Origin: Prasinococcaceae sp. CCMP 1430
Lineage: Eukaryota > Plantae > Prasinodermophyta
Assembly (NCBI GenBank): GCA_013416795.1
Contig: RQSC01000024.1
Coordinates: 19,562 to 83,561, forward strand
Length of the DNA stretch: 64,000 nt
Direction of reading: 5' to 3'
Position numbers and translations under genes: made by a program. Below are positions 44,487 through 56,090 of this stretch, piece by piece (the stretch's first letter is position 1; each line of letters begins with the position of its first letter). The notes under the pieces are model-generated. The model did no database searches. It had not been told where the DNA came from and saw nothing but the letters and a program-made list of their open reading frames with translations.

Positions 44487-47132
44487 TCAAACCCCCGCCG
44501 GAAAGCTCACTTGCGCCTGGTGGGCCGCCGGTGCGCCGTTGAGGCTGTACCCAATCTTGAGCTTCATCACCAGAGGCTTTTGCCCGTGCATCGTGTTGGT
44601 GACAGTGAGCACCTGCGTAGTGGGCGCGCCCGACCCGCTCGCGGGCACGAATTGCGCGCTCGCGGGCTCCAGCTTGAGCTGCATGAACTTGGGCACCGCC
44701 GCCTGCAGGGAGAAATTCATCATCGGCACCGCGTTGCTGTTGGTGTATGTAGCCGCCACCCGCGTCACACCTGGGTTTGAGGGATCGGGCTTGCTGCACG
44801 AAAACGCCACGGTGAGCCCCCCTTCAGCGAACGCCGTGAAGGGCGCCGCCGACGGCGCAGCCGCCGCGGGCGCTGTCGCGGGCATGGCTGGCATGCCCCC
44901 GCCGAGCCCTCCGAGCATATCCGTACCCGCCCCGCCCATGGCCGGGGCCGGCGCTGGCGCCATCCCACCCATCAGCGCAGCGAGCGGATCTGCCGGTGCC
45001 GAGGGCGCGGCGGGCGCGGCGGGCGCCGGCGCCACCCCGCCCATGAGCGCAGCGAGAGGATCCACGGGCGCCGACGGCGCCGCCACCCCGGACGCGGGCT
45101 GATCCATCGACACCCCCCCGAGCAGATCGGCCAGCGCGTCGCCGCCTGCGCCCTGCGCAACAGCAGCTGCCCCAGCATCGCCCGCTCCCATGTCGAGGAG
45201 GTCACCCAACAAGTCGCCTCCACCAGCCGCCGCACCACCAGGCGCTGTCTGTCCGGCGACGGCCCCCGCCACAGCGCCCGCCCCCGAAGCAGCGGCATCC
45301 TGCAGTCCCCCATCGCGCTTTGCCGCCCACGCGGCCGCATCGAGCGGCGGCATGCGCTCCAACAACTGCGGCACGATGCCTTGGTGCTGGAAGATCTTGG
45401 CGTACTCGCACGCGCGGCTTTGCACCTCGAGATCAACGTAGCGCTTGAACTCGGCGATAAGCGCCTCGCAGCGCGAGGCCTGGCCCGGCATGCGTCCACT
45501 CAGCTTGATGAGGGCAGTGAGCGCATACACGCGCGTCTCCGCCAGCAGCACGGGGTCGCGCAGCACAGCCTCGAGAGAATCGACGACATCGCCGTCCGTG
45601 ACGGTGATGGGCTCCTCGTCCTCGAGCTCGCCCTCACGCGTCAGGAGGAGCTCACCAAACTCGCCGACGATCCACATCGCGACCTGCAGCAGGTTGTCGT
45701 TCTTGGCCGCCTTCTTCTCCTCGTCAGATGCCGCACCGCCGGGCAGGACCTTGGCCATCGTGCTATAGAACGTGCGCGCGGCGTAGCCTTGCAGCTCAGG
45801 CGCGTTAGTGACCAGCACGATCACGCTCCGGCAGGTGCTCTCCGAGACGTGCTCGCCGGCCTGCTCGAGCAGATGCCTGGCCGTGTCGAGGTGCCAGCGC
45901 TTTTCCGGAGCGAACCTCTCGACGAGGGTGCCAATCTTGTTCGCGAGATCCGGGCGGAACTCCGAGTCGCTCACCACGAGGTAGTCGATGAGCTCCTTGG
46001 CGAGCACGGTGATGTTGTTCTCGTTCACGAGCGCGTATACAAGCTCTAGCGCGCGGCGGCGGATGGAGACATCGGAGTCCTTCACGCATCCCACGATCAT
46101 GGAGCGGTGGCGCTGGACGGCCTGCGTGTCGACGGACACGACCTTGGCGAGCGTGTTGAGCGCGACATAGCGGATGTTGTTGTCCGTCTTCTGCAAGAAC
46201 TTGCCAAGCACGTTGATGGCCAGCACGCGCAGGCCGCTGATGCTCTCCACGCCCATGATGGTCTGCACACACTCGTAGAGCACCGCGTTGCCTGCATTTT
46301 TGCTCGTGTTCGTGTTGGTGGCGACCTGCGCGAGAATGTCGCTCATGAGGTCGCTCGCGTCCGCGTCGCCGTGTCCCAGGATGCGCAGCAGGCGCAAGAC
46401 CTTCACCTGCAGGAAAGGGTCGTTGAGGCCGCCAACGTCGTGTTCTGCGCTGAAGGAGCTGCCGACGAGGTTCTTTAGCACGCGCACGAGCACGGCCACC
46501 TTCGAGCGGAAGAAATCTGCGGTCTCGGGGAAGCTCTCGCACATCTCGGTGACGAGAGTCACAGCACTGATCAGCACGCCGTGGTGCCTGTCCTCGAGCA
46601 GCTTCGCCGCCGGCGCGAGGAAGTCCTCCACGAGCTCGGGCACCTTCTTGAGCACGCGCACCGAAGCGAGCGCGGCCTTTTTGCGGATGAAGGAGTTCTT
46701 CGAGCCCAGCAGCTTCTCGACCTCAGGAGCCAGGTCGCGCGCCATCTCTGCCGAGCTGATGTTGCCAAGCGCGGTCAGCGACAGCCCGACGATGAATTGG
46801 TTGCTCGACAGCAGATCGTTCTTCATCGAGTTGGTGACCAGCATCAGTACCTCCTGCCTCTCGTCGAGGAGCACCATGAGCGCGAGGTAGCCGATGCGCT
46901 TGTCGGGATAATTGCCGCTCGCGATGAGCTTCACACACTCCATCTGGCCGAAGTGCGTTGGGTACCCCAGCATGTGGATGAACATAAGCTTGGCGACATT
47001 GCGGTGCCGCACCGAGTCCTGGTCGGGCGAGTCAGTCTCCTTGAAGGCTGCACGAAGCGCGGCACACTCCTTCGCGATGGTCTCGCGCTCCTGTGCCGCG
47101 GTCTTGCACGCGCGCACCGCGCGGATGAGGTC
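44487..47132 (-). CDS. AP1G: AP-1 complex gamma adaptin; first exon unresolved
   Basis: DLIRAVRACKTAAQER, KLMFIHMLGYPTHFGQMEC, DPFLQVKVLRLL, DLEVQSRACEY, and ear domain FSLQAAVPKFMQLKLEPAS. Confidence 0.95.
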   Translation of the reverse strand, partial: DLIRAVRACKTAAQERETIAKECAALRAAFKETDSPDQDSVRHRNVAKLMFIHMLGYPTHFGQMECVKLIASGNYPDKRIGYLALMVLLDERQEVLMLVTNSMKNDLLSSNQFIVGLSLTALGNISSAEMARDLAPEVEKLLGSKNSFIRKKAALASVRVLKKVPELVEDFLAPAAKLLEDRHHGVLISAVTLVTEMCESFPETADFFRSKVAVLVRVLKNLVGSSFSAEHDVGGLNDPFLQVKVLRLLRILGHGDADASDLMSDILAQVATNTNTSKNAGNAVLYECVQTIMGVESISGLRVLAINVLGKFLQKTDNNIRYVALNTLAKVVSVDTQAVQRHRSMIVGCVKDSDVSIRRRALELVYALVNENNITVLAKELIDYLVVSDSEFRPDLANKIGTLVERFAPEKRWHLDTARHLLEQAGEHVSESTCRSVIVLVTNAPELQGYAARTFYSTMAKVLPGGAASDEEKKAAKNDNLLQVAMWIVGEFGELLLTREGELEDEEPITVTDGDVVDSLEAVLRDPVLLAETRVYALTALIKLSGRMPGQASRCEALIAEFKRYVDLEVQSRACEYAKIFQHQGIVPQLLERMPPLDAAAWAAKRDGGLQDAAASGAGAVAGAVAGQTAPGGAAAGGGDLLGDLLDMGAGDAGAAAVAQGAGGDALADLLGGVSMDQPASGVAAPSAPVDPLAALMGGVAPAPAAPAAPSAPADPLAALMGGMAPAPAPAMGGAGTDMLGGLGGGMPAMPATAPAAAAPSAAPFTAFAEGGLTVAFSCSKPDPSNPGVTRVAATYTNSNAVPMMNFSLQAAVPKFMQLKLEPASAQFVPASGSGAPTTQVLTVTNTMHGQKPLVMKLKIGYSLNGAPAAHQAQVSFPAGV

Positions 47133-48107
47133 GCTACCGCGTGTCGTGAAGCACCATCAACGGTGGGCGCGGCGTGGGGTGTTGCGGATTGCGACGGGTG
47201 CGGGGACGCAAGTGCGCACCGCCACGCAGCGGGTCAGCCGCAATCTTCACTGAGCACGAGCGTGAATGGCGCGGATCGCGCGCGCAGCGCGCATTGTGCG
47301 GGTGCGCGTCGCGCGCACTCCGCCCACATGCGCGCGCAAAAGCGCGCGAGAAAACGCGTGTACGCGCAAGTCGACCGCCCCGCCGCCGCGGTGCGCGCGC
47401 ACTCGCGGGCAGGCGCCGAGCTCTCCACCTCGTCCCCGCCACAACGCGCAGCCACCCTGGTCGCACCGCCGCGTCGGTCTCCCCGAAGGCGGCCGCGCCA
47501 TCGCCCTGCCCAGCCGCCCTGCCCTGGCCCGCCCCCCCAAAGGCAGACAACACGCCGCCGCGCTACTGCGCGCCCGCGCCCGACCCGCCCCCCTCCCCAG
47601 GCACAGCAGCCCGCGCCCCACGCGCGCGCGCTGTGGCGCAGACCTGATGAGGGCTGATCGGGCCCTGCTGCGCCCCTGCCCTGCGCACACCCGACGCGTC
47701 GGTCGACCCCGGTCTACGAGGGAAGCCGTTGGGAGTACCCCTTATGTCGTATGGAAATCGACGCCCAGACACGATTAGTCCCAGGCCCGACCGGGATCGA
47801 TCGGCCTGGCCTCGGATCGCGATCGGCTGTTGGCGCCATTTCTTTTTTGTTTTTTGTTTTTTCGCGTGGCCCGCGCGGGCGGGGCGCGCGCGGCACAGGG
47901 CGCGCGCGCGTGCGCGCACAGGGGTTGCGCCGCCGCCGTCGCGGCCGCGCAGCGGTCGGCGCGCGCCTCGGCGCTCGCAACGAAGGGCGGGCGTACGAGG
48001 GGGACAAGCAAGGGAGGAGTGGAGGGGCTGGGCGCGCCCGCGGGCCGTAGGCTCGGGCGGCCGCGCGGCAGAGCAGGCGCCCAGGCGCTCGTGGTCCGCT
48101 GGCGGCC

Positions 48108-48740
48108 ATGCAGAATCAATCGCAGCTCACGCGGCAGACCATCACGCTCAAGGGCAGCACGAAAATTGTGACCGAGTTCTTCGGCTATGCGGTGAACTCT
48201 GTGCTCTACCAACGTGGGATCTACGGCCCCGAAACGTTCACGCCGGTGAAGAAGTACGGCCTGCAGCTGATGGTTACGACCGACCCAGGCCTCACCAAGT
48301 ACCTCAGCTCGGTTCTCAAGCAGATTTCTGAGTGGCTCATCGAGGGTCGCCTGCAGAAGCTCGTGTTGGTGATCTGCAAGCTGGACGGCGGCGAGACCAT
48401 CGAGCGCTGGGCGTTCGACGTGCAGACCGATCAGGAGTGCGTGAACGAGGGCAAGACGCACGAAAAGTCTGAGGAGGAAATCCAACGCGAGATCCAGGCC
48501 GTGGTGCGCCAGATCACCGCGTCAATCACCTTCCTTCCGCTGCTCAACGACGTGTGCACCTTCGACCTGCTGTGCTACACCGACAAGGACTCCGACGTGC
48601 CGCTTCAATGGGAGGAAAGCGAGGCAAAGTACATCGCCAACCAGGCCGAGGTCAAGCTGCGCTCATTTTCCACCAGCGTGCATACTGTGGAGCCGATGGT
48701 GGCCTACAAGGCCGAGGAGGATGAATTCAGCCTCCTGTAA
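48108..48740 (+). CDS. MAD2: Spindle checkpoint HORMA protein MAD2
   Basis: ITLKGSTKIVTEFF…SVLYQRGIYGPETF, LQKLVLVI, ERWAFD, VRQITASITFLP, VKLRSFSTSVH. Confidence 0.96.
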   Translation: MQNQSQLTRQTITLKGSTKIVTEFFGYAVNSVLYQRGIYGPETFTPVKKYGLQLMVTTDPGLTKYLSSVLKQISEWLIEGRLQKLVLVICKLDGGETIERWAFDVQTDQECVNEGKTHEKSEEEIQREIQAVVRQITASITFLPLLNDVCTFDLLCYTDKDSDVPLQWEESEAKYIANQAEVKLRSFSTSVHTVEPMVAYKAEEDEFSLL

Positions 48741-49073
48741 GGCCGACGGGACGCGCGCGGTAAACCCCACCAGTTTGCGTGCATTTCGCACACCTCGAGC
48801 GCAGCCGCGGCCCAGGTGCGGTGCCGCCCGGACCAGCGCCTCCCAGTAGCGTGGTTGCACTCACGGTCGTTACATATGGGGTGGTCATGCCGCCCACCGC
48901 GCTTGTTAAGGCACGCGCTCGCGTCCGTGCACGTGCTTTTCGCTTCCCGGCACGTGCGCGCACGAATCCGCATCCACCGCGTGCCGATCTGTCCAACTAC
49001 TACAGTGACACACCGCGCACAAGCCCCCCCGTCGCTGCACTGCACATTGCAAGGCCTAAGGCGACGCGGGGGC

Positions 49074-50759
49074 TCAGTCGCGCAGCTTGGGGATGGCAAA
49101 GGCGCTCTTGAAGAGGCCAAGCGCGCTGGGCTTGCGCGGCCCGTTCGCCCCCTTCTTCCCCACCTTGCCCCCCTTGGGGCCGCCCACGCGCTGCACGGCG
49201 ACCGTCGGCACGTTAGAGGCGACCTTCATGAGCGGCTTGCGCGCCGGCGGGGCCTTCGGCCCTCCACGAGCATTCCTCGCTCCCGCCGCGCGGCGTTCGC
49301 GGTCCATGTCCGCCAGCGCCGGCGCCAGTTGCCGCGCGAGCGGCGGCGTCTTTGCGTCCGCCTTGGCGGCGGCGGCCGCCTCCGCATCTTCTCTCTGCTT
49401 CTTCGCCTTGGCTGCCTCTGCCGCCGCCGCCTCCTCCGCAGTCTTGTCCTCGTCACGCTTGCCCTTGCCCACCTTCTTGATCACCGTGGTCATCGTGCGC
49501 GCCTTCTTAGTCGAGCGCATCTGCCGGCTCATAGCACGACCGAGCCCCGCGCAGCCTGAGGACGGTGCCGATGAGGGCGCATCGGACACAGGTGTCACCG
49601 CCGGCGACATCTCCGCAGCTCCCGGTGCTGCGCCCGCCTCAGCCGCGCCCACCTCAGGGCTCGCGCTGCCCTCGTCGCTGCCCGCGCGCTTCTTTCCCTT
49701 CGCCTTGACGGCGACCTTGGCCTTGCTCTTTCCCTTGGCGGCCTTCTTGCTGTTGTCGAGCTCAATGAGCGCCGCCGCGGCCGCCGAGACCGCCGCTCCT
49801 GCGGAGGCGTTGTCGGCAGCGGCCTGCGCCTCGGCGAGCTGCTTCCTCAGCCTGGCGACCTCCGCGGCGTGCTCCTTCCTCGCCTTGGCGCTGTCCTTGC
49901 GCGCCGCCTGCTGCGCGGCCTTCAGCTCAGCCTTGGCGTCGGCAAGTTCGACTTCGAGTACCTCTGCGCGCTTCCTGTGAGGTGTGGCGCGCTCCCTGCG
50001 GCGCTCAGCCTCCAGCTGGGCGGCCTGGGCCTCGTTCTCCGCCTCGAGCGTGTCCAGCGCCCCCTCGGCCTCCTCGCGCAGGCGCTTGAGCGCCCCCTCG
50101 CGCCTCGCAACGCGCGCGTCGGCGCTCTGCGCGAGGGTGAGCGCGCAGCCTGCGCGCACTCGAACTGCTGCCGCGCGACGCTCCGTGAGCGCAGCGAATG
50201 CACGCCTGTCGTCGGCAGCCTCAGCCGCGGCCGCAAGGCGAAGGCGCAGCATGAAGACGGTCTGCGCGTTGGCGGGACGTGAGCAGGGGCCGGGCAGTCA
50301 GCGCGCGCGTGCCAACGGCGCGCGTCGGCGCTACGAGTTGTGCCGCCGCAAGGGCGCGTAGGACAAACACAAGGGCTGGGGAGCGCTTGAGGCACCCAGG
50401 CCCGCGCGCCCGCGCTGCCTCACCTTTTTGAGCTCGATTGCGTGCATCGCCTCGGCGGCCTGCGCGAGCTTCGCGACGAACGCCTCCCCGCGCAGGGCGG
50501 CGGCCTCCTCCGCACGGCGCTCGTCCGCCTGGCGCGCATCCCTCTCCCTCCGTTCTCCCTCGAGCGCCGACAGCTGCGCGGCTACGCCGGCTGCGGCCTC
50601 GTCGACCGCCGAGTGCGCGCGCACGCACTCAAGCTCGTCCAGCGCCTTGGCGAGGGCCGCCTGCAGCGCCGCGCTCTCGCCGTCGGCGGCGGCGGCGGCG
50701 GCGGCAGAGTGCCGCTTTGCGCGCGCGCGCCGCGCCGCGCCGCGCGCGCTCTCACCCAC
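49074..50759 (-). CDS. Coiled-coil protein with basic disordered C-terminus; intron 50262-50423; start unresolved
   Basis: E/A/K/R heptad-rich frames joined by a phase-0 intron (GTGAGG…GCTGAC…CAG); ends …FAIPKLRD*. TGTAA on the minus strand at 48870-48874. Confidence 0.65.
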
Positions 50760-51308
50760 GGGAGATCAATTTACACGTCACTATGCATTGCCGCCCGCCC
50801 CGCGCGCGCGCCCCCCGCGCGCCGCGTGCAACAGCTCTTTTTTTTGTGCGGGGCGATTCGCCGCGGCGCCCAGGGGGAACAAGTGAGCGCTTTCCCCGGT
50901 CAACTCCTCGAAACCGGTTCAGGTCATCCCATTCGGACACGACGTTCCCGAACGTGTTCGGGAAAGGCACACCGATATCAAATCCGAACCCTGATGTCCA
51001 GTAGCATGCCACCCTACATGTACGTAGTCCTAAGTGCGTCAAAATGCACGCAAGACATGTCTTCAAAACATGTGTTCGAAGCCACGCGTGATTGCCATTG
51101 TGTCTGTTGGGGCCACGCGCGCCGCTCTCGGTGCGCCACTCTCGGCGCGCGGCGCGGCGCTCCGCCCGGCTGGGGGGACGGGCGGGCGGCCCGGCGAGGA
51201 GCTTCCCGGGGCGGGCCCGGCGCGGGAGGGCCGCCGCGAGCACCGCGCCGGACCCGGTCTGAGGACGTGTGTGCGCGCACGCGTATCTGAGGCTGCGCAA
51301 GGGGCGTC

Positions 51309-54005
51309 ATGAATGCCTCAGGAAACGACGGCAGCAAGAGCGATGCAAGAGAGCTGCCGCCCGCCGGCGAGCGCGTCGGCGTCGTCGTACGCGTGCGGCC
51401 GCTTCTCGGCGCCGAGGCGCACCGCGAGCCGGCCGTGCGCGTCGATCCAGAGGACACGCGGAGCGTGCAGGTGCTCACGACGGTGGCGGATTCATCGGCA
51501 GCGGAGACACCGACGAGCGGGAACATGTACGGCACCATCAGTGCCAAGGCCGGAGCACGCGCCTTTCGCTTCGACGCGTGCCTCGGCGGCCAGGCTTCGC
51601 AGGACGAGATGTACGCGGCGTGCGAGATGAGCGCGCTTGTCCGCGCCGCGCTGGATGGATATCAGGTGACGGTCTTCGCTTTCGGACAGACAGGCGCAGC
51701 CAAGACCTACACCATTTCCGGGCCCGTGGAGCGCAAAGGCCGGCTGCACAGCGACGACTCGATCGGGCTCGTCGCGCGCGCACTGCGCGAGACGTACAGC
51801 GAGATGCGTCGCGAGGAGGGGAAGGGAAGGGTGCGCTTCTCGCCGCGCGCGACCTTCTCAGAGATCTACAACGAGGAGTGCACAGACCTGCTGGCGCGCG
51901 AAAGAAGGAAGGGCCAGCGCCTGGCGATGCGCCACCATCCGCACCATGGTTTCTACCTGGAGGGCCTGACGGAGGTCGAGTGCCACGACGAGCGCGAGGC
52001 GATCAACGTCCACGAGACTGGGCTCGCGAAGCGGCGGACGGGCAGCCATTTGCTGAACGCGACGTCCACGCGCTCGCACTGCCTCCTCACGCTGCACCTC
52101 GACGCTGCACCGACTGAGGGCAACGCTCGCGACGTGCAGGACGTCGATGAAGAGGCCGCGTCTAAGGAGGGGCTCAAGCGCTTCGGTAGGATATGCTTCG
52201 TCGATCTGGCGGGCAGCGAGCGCCTCAAGGAGACCCGCAGCACCGCTGCGAGGGAGACGGGCCACATCAACAAGAGCCTTTTCGCGCTCGGAAAATGCCT
52301 GGCTGCCCTCAGCAGCCGCACCAACAGTGGCTCGGGCGGGTCAAACTTCGTGCCATTTCGCGAATCCAAGCTCACGCAGCTGCTGATTGACTCGCTGCGG
52401 GGGCGCGGGCGAGCGCTCATGATTGCGTGCTGCTCGCCCTCGCAAGCGCACGTCGACGAGACGTACAATACGCTGCACTTCGCGTCGCTCGCGCTTCACA
52501 TCAAGTCGAAGCCTGTCGTCATCCTCGATCCCAGCGACAAGCTCCTTCTGGAGCTGCGCTCGACGATCAATACGCTGCGCTCTGAGAATAGGCAGCTGCA
52601 CACCCAGCTCGAGGACCTGCGCCTGCGCGGGCCGCCTCCGGGGAGGCCACAGAGTACGGACGGAGGAGCGGCCCTGCATGCTGAGCTCAAAAAGAAGGAG
52701 ACAAACACCACGCTGCGAGGGGGGCCTTCGCGTCCGGCGTGGAGGCCGTCAGCCCCCGCGACTTCGGCCGCTGACTCGCGCTTGACGGGAGTGTCGCCGA
52801 TGCGCCGCGAGCCGCCAGCAACGCGCAGAGTGAAGCAGCTGGCTCCCGATCGCGCGTCTGTGACCAACGCTGGACCGCAACGCAAGACGAAGAAGGAAAA
52901 AAGCATCAGGGGAACCAAGCCGAAGCGCCCGGCTAGCGCGGGCAATGGCAGCGTGTCTCGTGCGGCGGCGGCACCTTCGCCGTACGCGCAAGGGCCGCGG
53001 GAGATGCGGCACACGCCGGTTGCGGCGCGCACAGCGTGGGGGGTGGAGGACACGCACGGGCTGGATGGGAGACTGGCTCGAATTTCTCGTGAGAATGGCC
53101 TGGATCGCAACACGCGGACATCGGCGGCGCCCACGGGCACCTCTACCCACCAGCCTGAGCTCAAGCAGAGCCCCCGGCGAGGCGCCGGCGCGGGCCCGGG
53201 CGCGGGCTCTGGCCAAGCAGGACAGTCATTTCCTACGCTCGATGCGTTGGAGGAGCAGTTTCAGCGGAGGCTGGCCGAGGCGCGCGCCGTGCGCACCGGG
53301 CAGGCTACCGGCGTCACTGCATCGCCATCCCCGGAGAACGCCGAGCCCACCAGCGTGCAGACGCAGCCGTCGCCCGCGCCCAAGCCACCTGAGCTTGAGC
53401 CGGTGCTTAGGCCAGAGCAGCGCGCGCTCGAATGGGCCGCGCGAAATCCGTGGTTCGGAGCCGAGGTCGACATGACGGCTTTGGCGTACGAGACCCACGA
53501 CAGGCTGGTAGCAGCTGGCGTGGACACCTCGTCGGAGGAGTACTACCGGGCCATCGAGAGAGACGTGGAGGGAAAGTTCCCTGACCGCTTCCACACGCTG
53601 CCAAAGGCACGGCGCCAAAACGTTGCTGCGCACTCAAAGGCCGAGGACGACTTCCGGGAGCTGTCGCGCACGCTTCGCTCGGGCCCAGCCGGCGGGATGG
53701 CGGCCATGGCGCGCGCGAGGACGAGCGTGCCGAACTCGCCGGGAGGCGGCGAGCCTTCGATTCAGTTGTCGCTCGAAATGCTGAGCGAATACCCGTCGGC
53801 CGCCCAGCTGGCGCACCAGGCAGTGATGGGCAAGTCCACGCCCGAAGATCACAGCGCCGCCGTCGTTGCGGCCAAGGCGTCGCACAGCGAGTACGTGGCC
53901 AAGCGCGAGGGGATCGTTCGAGAGCTGCGGAAGGCCAAGGAGGACGCCGAAGTCGAGCGTGCCAAGATAATGGCTGACATCCGCCAAACGCTGCGAAACC
54001 TCTGA
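51309..54005 (+). CDS. Kinesin with N-terminal motor, KIF12/kinesin-16-like
   Basis: VVVRVRP, FRFDAC, FAFGQTGAAKTYT, FSEIYNE, STRSH, FVDLAGSER, INKSL, VPFRESKLTQLLIDSL, then PVVILDP and a coiled coil. TGTAA at 54045. Subfamily call is from recall. Confidence 0.9.
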   Translation: MNASGNDGSKSDARELPPAGERVGVVVRVRPLLGAEAHREPAVRVDPEDTRSVQVLTTVADSSAAETPTSGNMYGTISAKAGARAFRFDACLGGQASQDEMYAACEMSALVRAALDGYQVTVFAFGQTGAAKTYTISGPVERKGRLHSDDSIGLVARALRETYSEMRREEGKGRVRFSPRATFSEIYNEECTDLLARERRKGQRLAMRHHPHHGFYLEGLTEVECHDEREAINVHETGLAKRRTGSHLLNATSTRSHCLLTLHLDAAPTEGNARDVQDVDEEAASKEGLKRFGRICFVDLAGSERLKETRSTAARETGHINKSLFALGKCLAALSSRTNSGSGGSNFVPFRESKLTQLLIDSLRGRGRALMIACCSPSQAHVDETYNTLHFASLALHIKSKPVVILDPSDKLLLELRSTINTLRSENRQLHTQLEDLRLRGPPPGRPQSTDGGAALHAELKKKETNTTLRGGPSRPAWRPSAPATSAADSRLTGVSPMRREPPATRRVKQLAPDRASVTNAGPQRKTKKEKSIRGTKPKRPASAGNGSVSRAAAAPSPYAQGPREMRHTPVAARTAWGVEDTHGLDGRLARISRENGLDRNTRTSAAPTGTSTHQPELKQSPRRGAGAGPGAGSGQAGQSFPTLDALEEQFQRRLAEARAVRTGQATGVTASPSPENAEPTSVQTQPSPAPKPPELEPVLRPEQRALEWAARNPWFGAEVDMTALAYETHDRLVAAGVDTSSEEYYRAIERDVEGKFPDRFHTLPKARRQNVAAHSKAEDDFRELSRTLRSGPAGGMAAMARARTSVPNSPGGGEPSIQLSLEMLSEYPSAAQLAHQAVMGKSTPEDHSAAVVAAKASHSEYVAKREGIVRELRKAKEDAEVERAKIMADIRQTLRNL

Positions 54006-54105
54006 CCGCCCTGCCGGTGCTCCGCTCTTCTCGGCAACACCACCTGTAAAACATGCTAATAATCTCCGAAGCGGCGCCACGCGTGCGCGCCACACAGCCT
54101 TTGAG

Positions 54106-56060
54106 CTACTTCTTGTGTTTTTTATAGCGCATGTACGCATCGCGGCCCGTATACTCCTGTCCGTTTTCTACCCAGGTGCGTTGCCCGTCTGTGGTTATCC
54201 ACCCAACGTGCTCGCTGCCCCGTGAGCCCCAGCCGCCGCTGCCGGCCAACTGCTCCTGCTCGGACGACTTTTGCTTGCCTTTGCTGTCAACCTTGTTGGC
54301 AAATTGGTTGAAGTAGTCCATAACTCGCCGCTTCTCCAGCTGATTCCGCGGCTTCGGAAGGTCCTCCACGGGAACGAAGTTGGTGAGGCGGGCGCGCCAA
54401 ATCTTCTCCTGCTCTGACATCTCGTCGGGGGCGGTAGGGAAGCTGGCGCCGCCCGAGGCGAACAAGCCCATGGATCGGCCCGCCTGGTGCGACCGTTGCG
54501 CAGCATTGTTGATGCGAAAGTCGTCGTCGTCTCCTGAAGACAGCTCCTCGATGTCGTCGCGCTGGTGGGGAGCCGCGGCGTCTGGGGCGTCCATCCATGC
54601 AAAACCATCTTCCTCGTCGTGCTCCAAGCCGTCATCCACACCGGCGGCGCCTTCGCCAGTGTCGCGACCACCGTAGTCCCTGCCGTCCTCCTCCTCGCTC
54701 GCGTATTCGCTCCCGCTGTTGTCATCACTGGAAATGATGACGGTGTCGTGCCACTGCCCCCAACGCTCCGCAGACACCGCTTTCGCTCGCGTGCGATCCT
54801 TGGCTTGCGCGAACGGCCCGGCGAGCTGCATCTGCGTGGGCGGGGGCTTCGCTGGCTCTGCGCGTCGCAGCGGCGGGGCGGTCGTGCCAGAGATGGCGCG
54901 ACTATCGTGCGATCTCAGCGCAAGCTTGGGATCCAGGAGAGCGGCATCGTCGGAGTCCATGTCGGAGTCCAAGGCCACGTGCTTATCTCGCTCGTCGTTG
55001 TCTCTTTCAATTTTGCGCGCGCCGGACCGACGTTTTGTCGCGATATTGGCCCGGACCTCTTGGCGCAGCTGCGCCATCACATTCTTGGCGAGGAACTGGC
55101 TACCACCACGGTGATTCTCGTCCTCACCGCCGCCTTCGTCGCCCTGCTGCCGTCCATGACCGCCGGAGTCATCCTCGCTGTCACTGTCCAAGCAAAAGAC
55201 GCTGGACCGTCGGCGGCGGCCCGACGTGCCGGGGGCGCTGCCGCCGTTGCCATTGGCGCCCTGCTGCAGCACCTCTGCGGCTGATGAGAAGCCGCCACCG
55301 AACGCACGCGGCGCTTGGTCGTGACCAGCAGGCGCGCCATCTGCCCCCGCGCGCGCGCCAGACCCTTGAGCCATCATGCCGCTGTCGGGATGAGAGACTG
55401 TCTGTGACCTACCCCCCGGCACATTTCGTCGTCGACGTCTTCGTCGCCGCGCACTGCCGCCGAAGTCCTCGTCCTCGCTGCTGGGTTCGCTGTCCAATAC
55501 TCTGTCTACGTCGCCCGCAGGCCCCTCGCCCTGCTGAGGCGGAGCTCGCGCCGCGGAGGCTCCATGCGACGGAGGGCGGCGAGCCGGGGACGACGGCTCC
55601 GGCGGCGAAGGCGGTTCCTCTGCTGGCGCGAGCTCGGCGCCCACCAATTCCGCTGGCAGACGCGTCTCCGCGCGCGGCGTCCGGTGAGGCGGCGAGGGCG
55701 TGCACCCAAGCAGGTCGAAGTCGCCCTGCTCGTCGTCTTCGCCGAGTAAATCGAAGTCGCCCTGTGATCCCGAGTCCATGAAGTCCTTGCTCACCCCCAC
55801 GCGACCCCAGACGCCCTGTTGTGCGCTCTCGGGGCCGTGGCCTCCCACCAGCTGGTGCGCTGGTTGCGGCTGTTGCGGCTGCAGCTGCTCATGTGTTTCT
55901 TGCGGCGCTTGTTGCGGCTGCTGCCCATGGCGATGCCGCGGCGGCTCCTGCCGCTGAGGAGCCGACGGCGCATTCGTTGGCTCGCTGCTGGTCTGGCTGC
56001 CCAGCAGCGCGGCGGCGGCGGCGGCGGCGTTCTCGGCTCGCCGGGCGGACAGGCTCAGCC
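54106..56060 (-). CDS. Largely disordered acidic protein with a compact conserved-looking C-terminus; start uncertain (first ATG 55779)
   Basis: Long open frame; C-terminus IWRARLTNFVPV…DYFNQF…GWITTDGQRTWVENGQEYTGRDAYMRYKK is aromatic-rich and domain-like. Confidence 0.6.
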
Positions 56061-56090
56061 TCGACCTGCGCCGCCGCGCTCCGCACGCAG

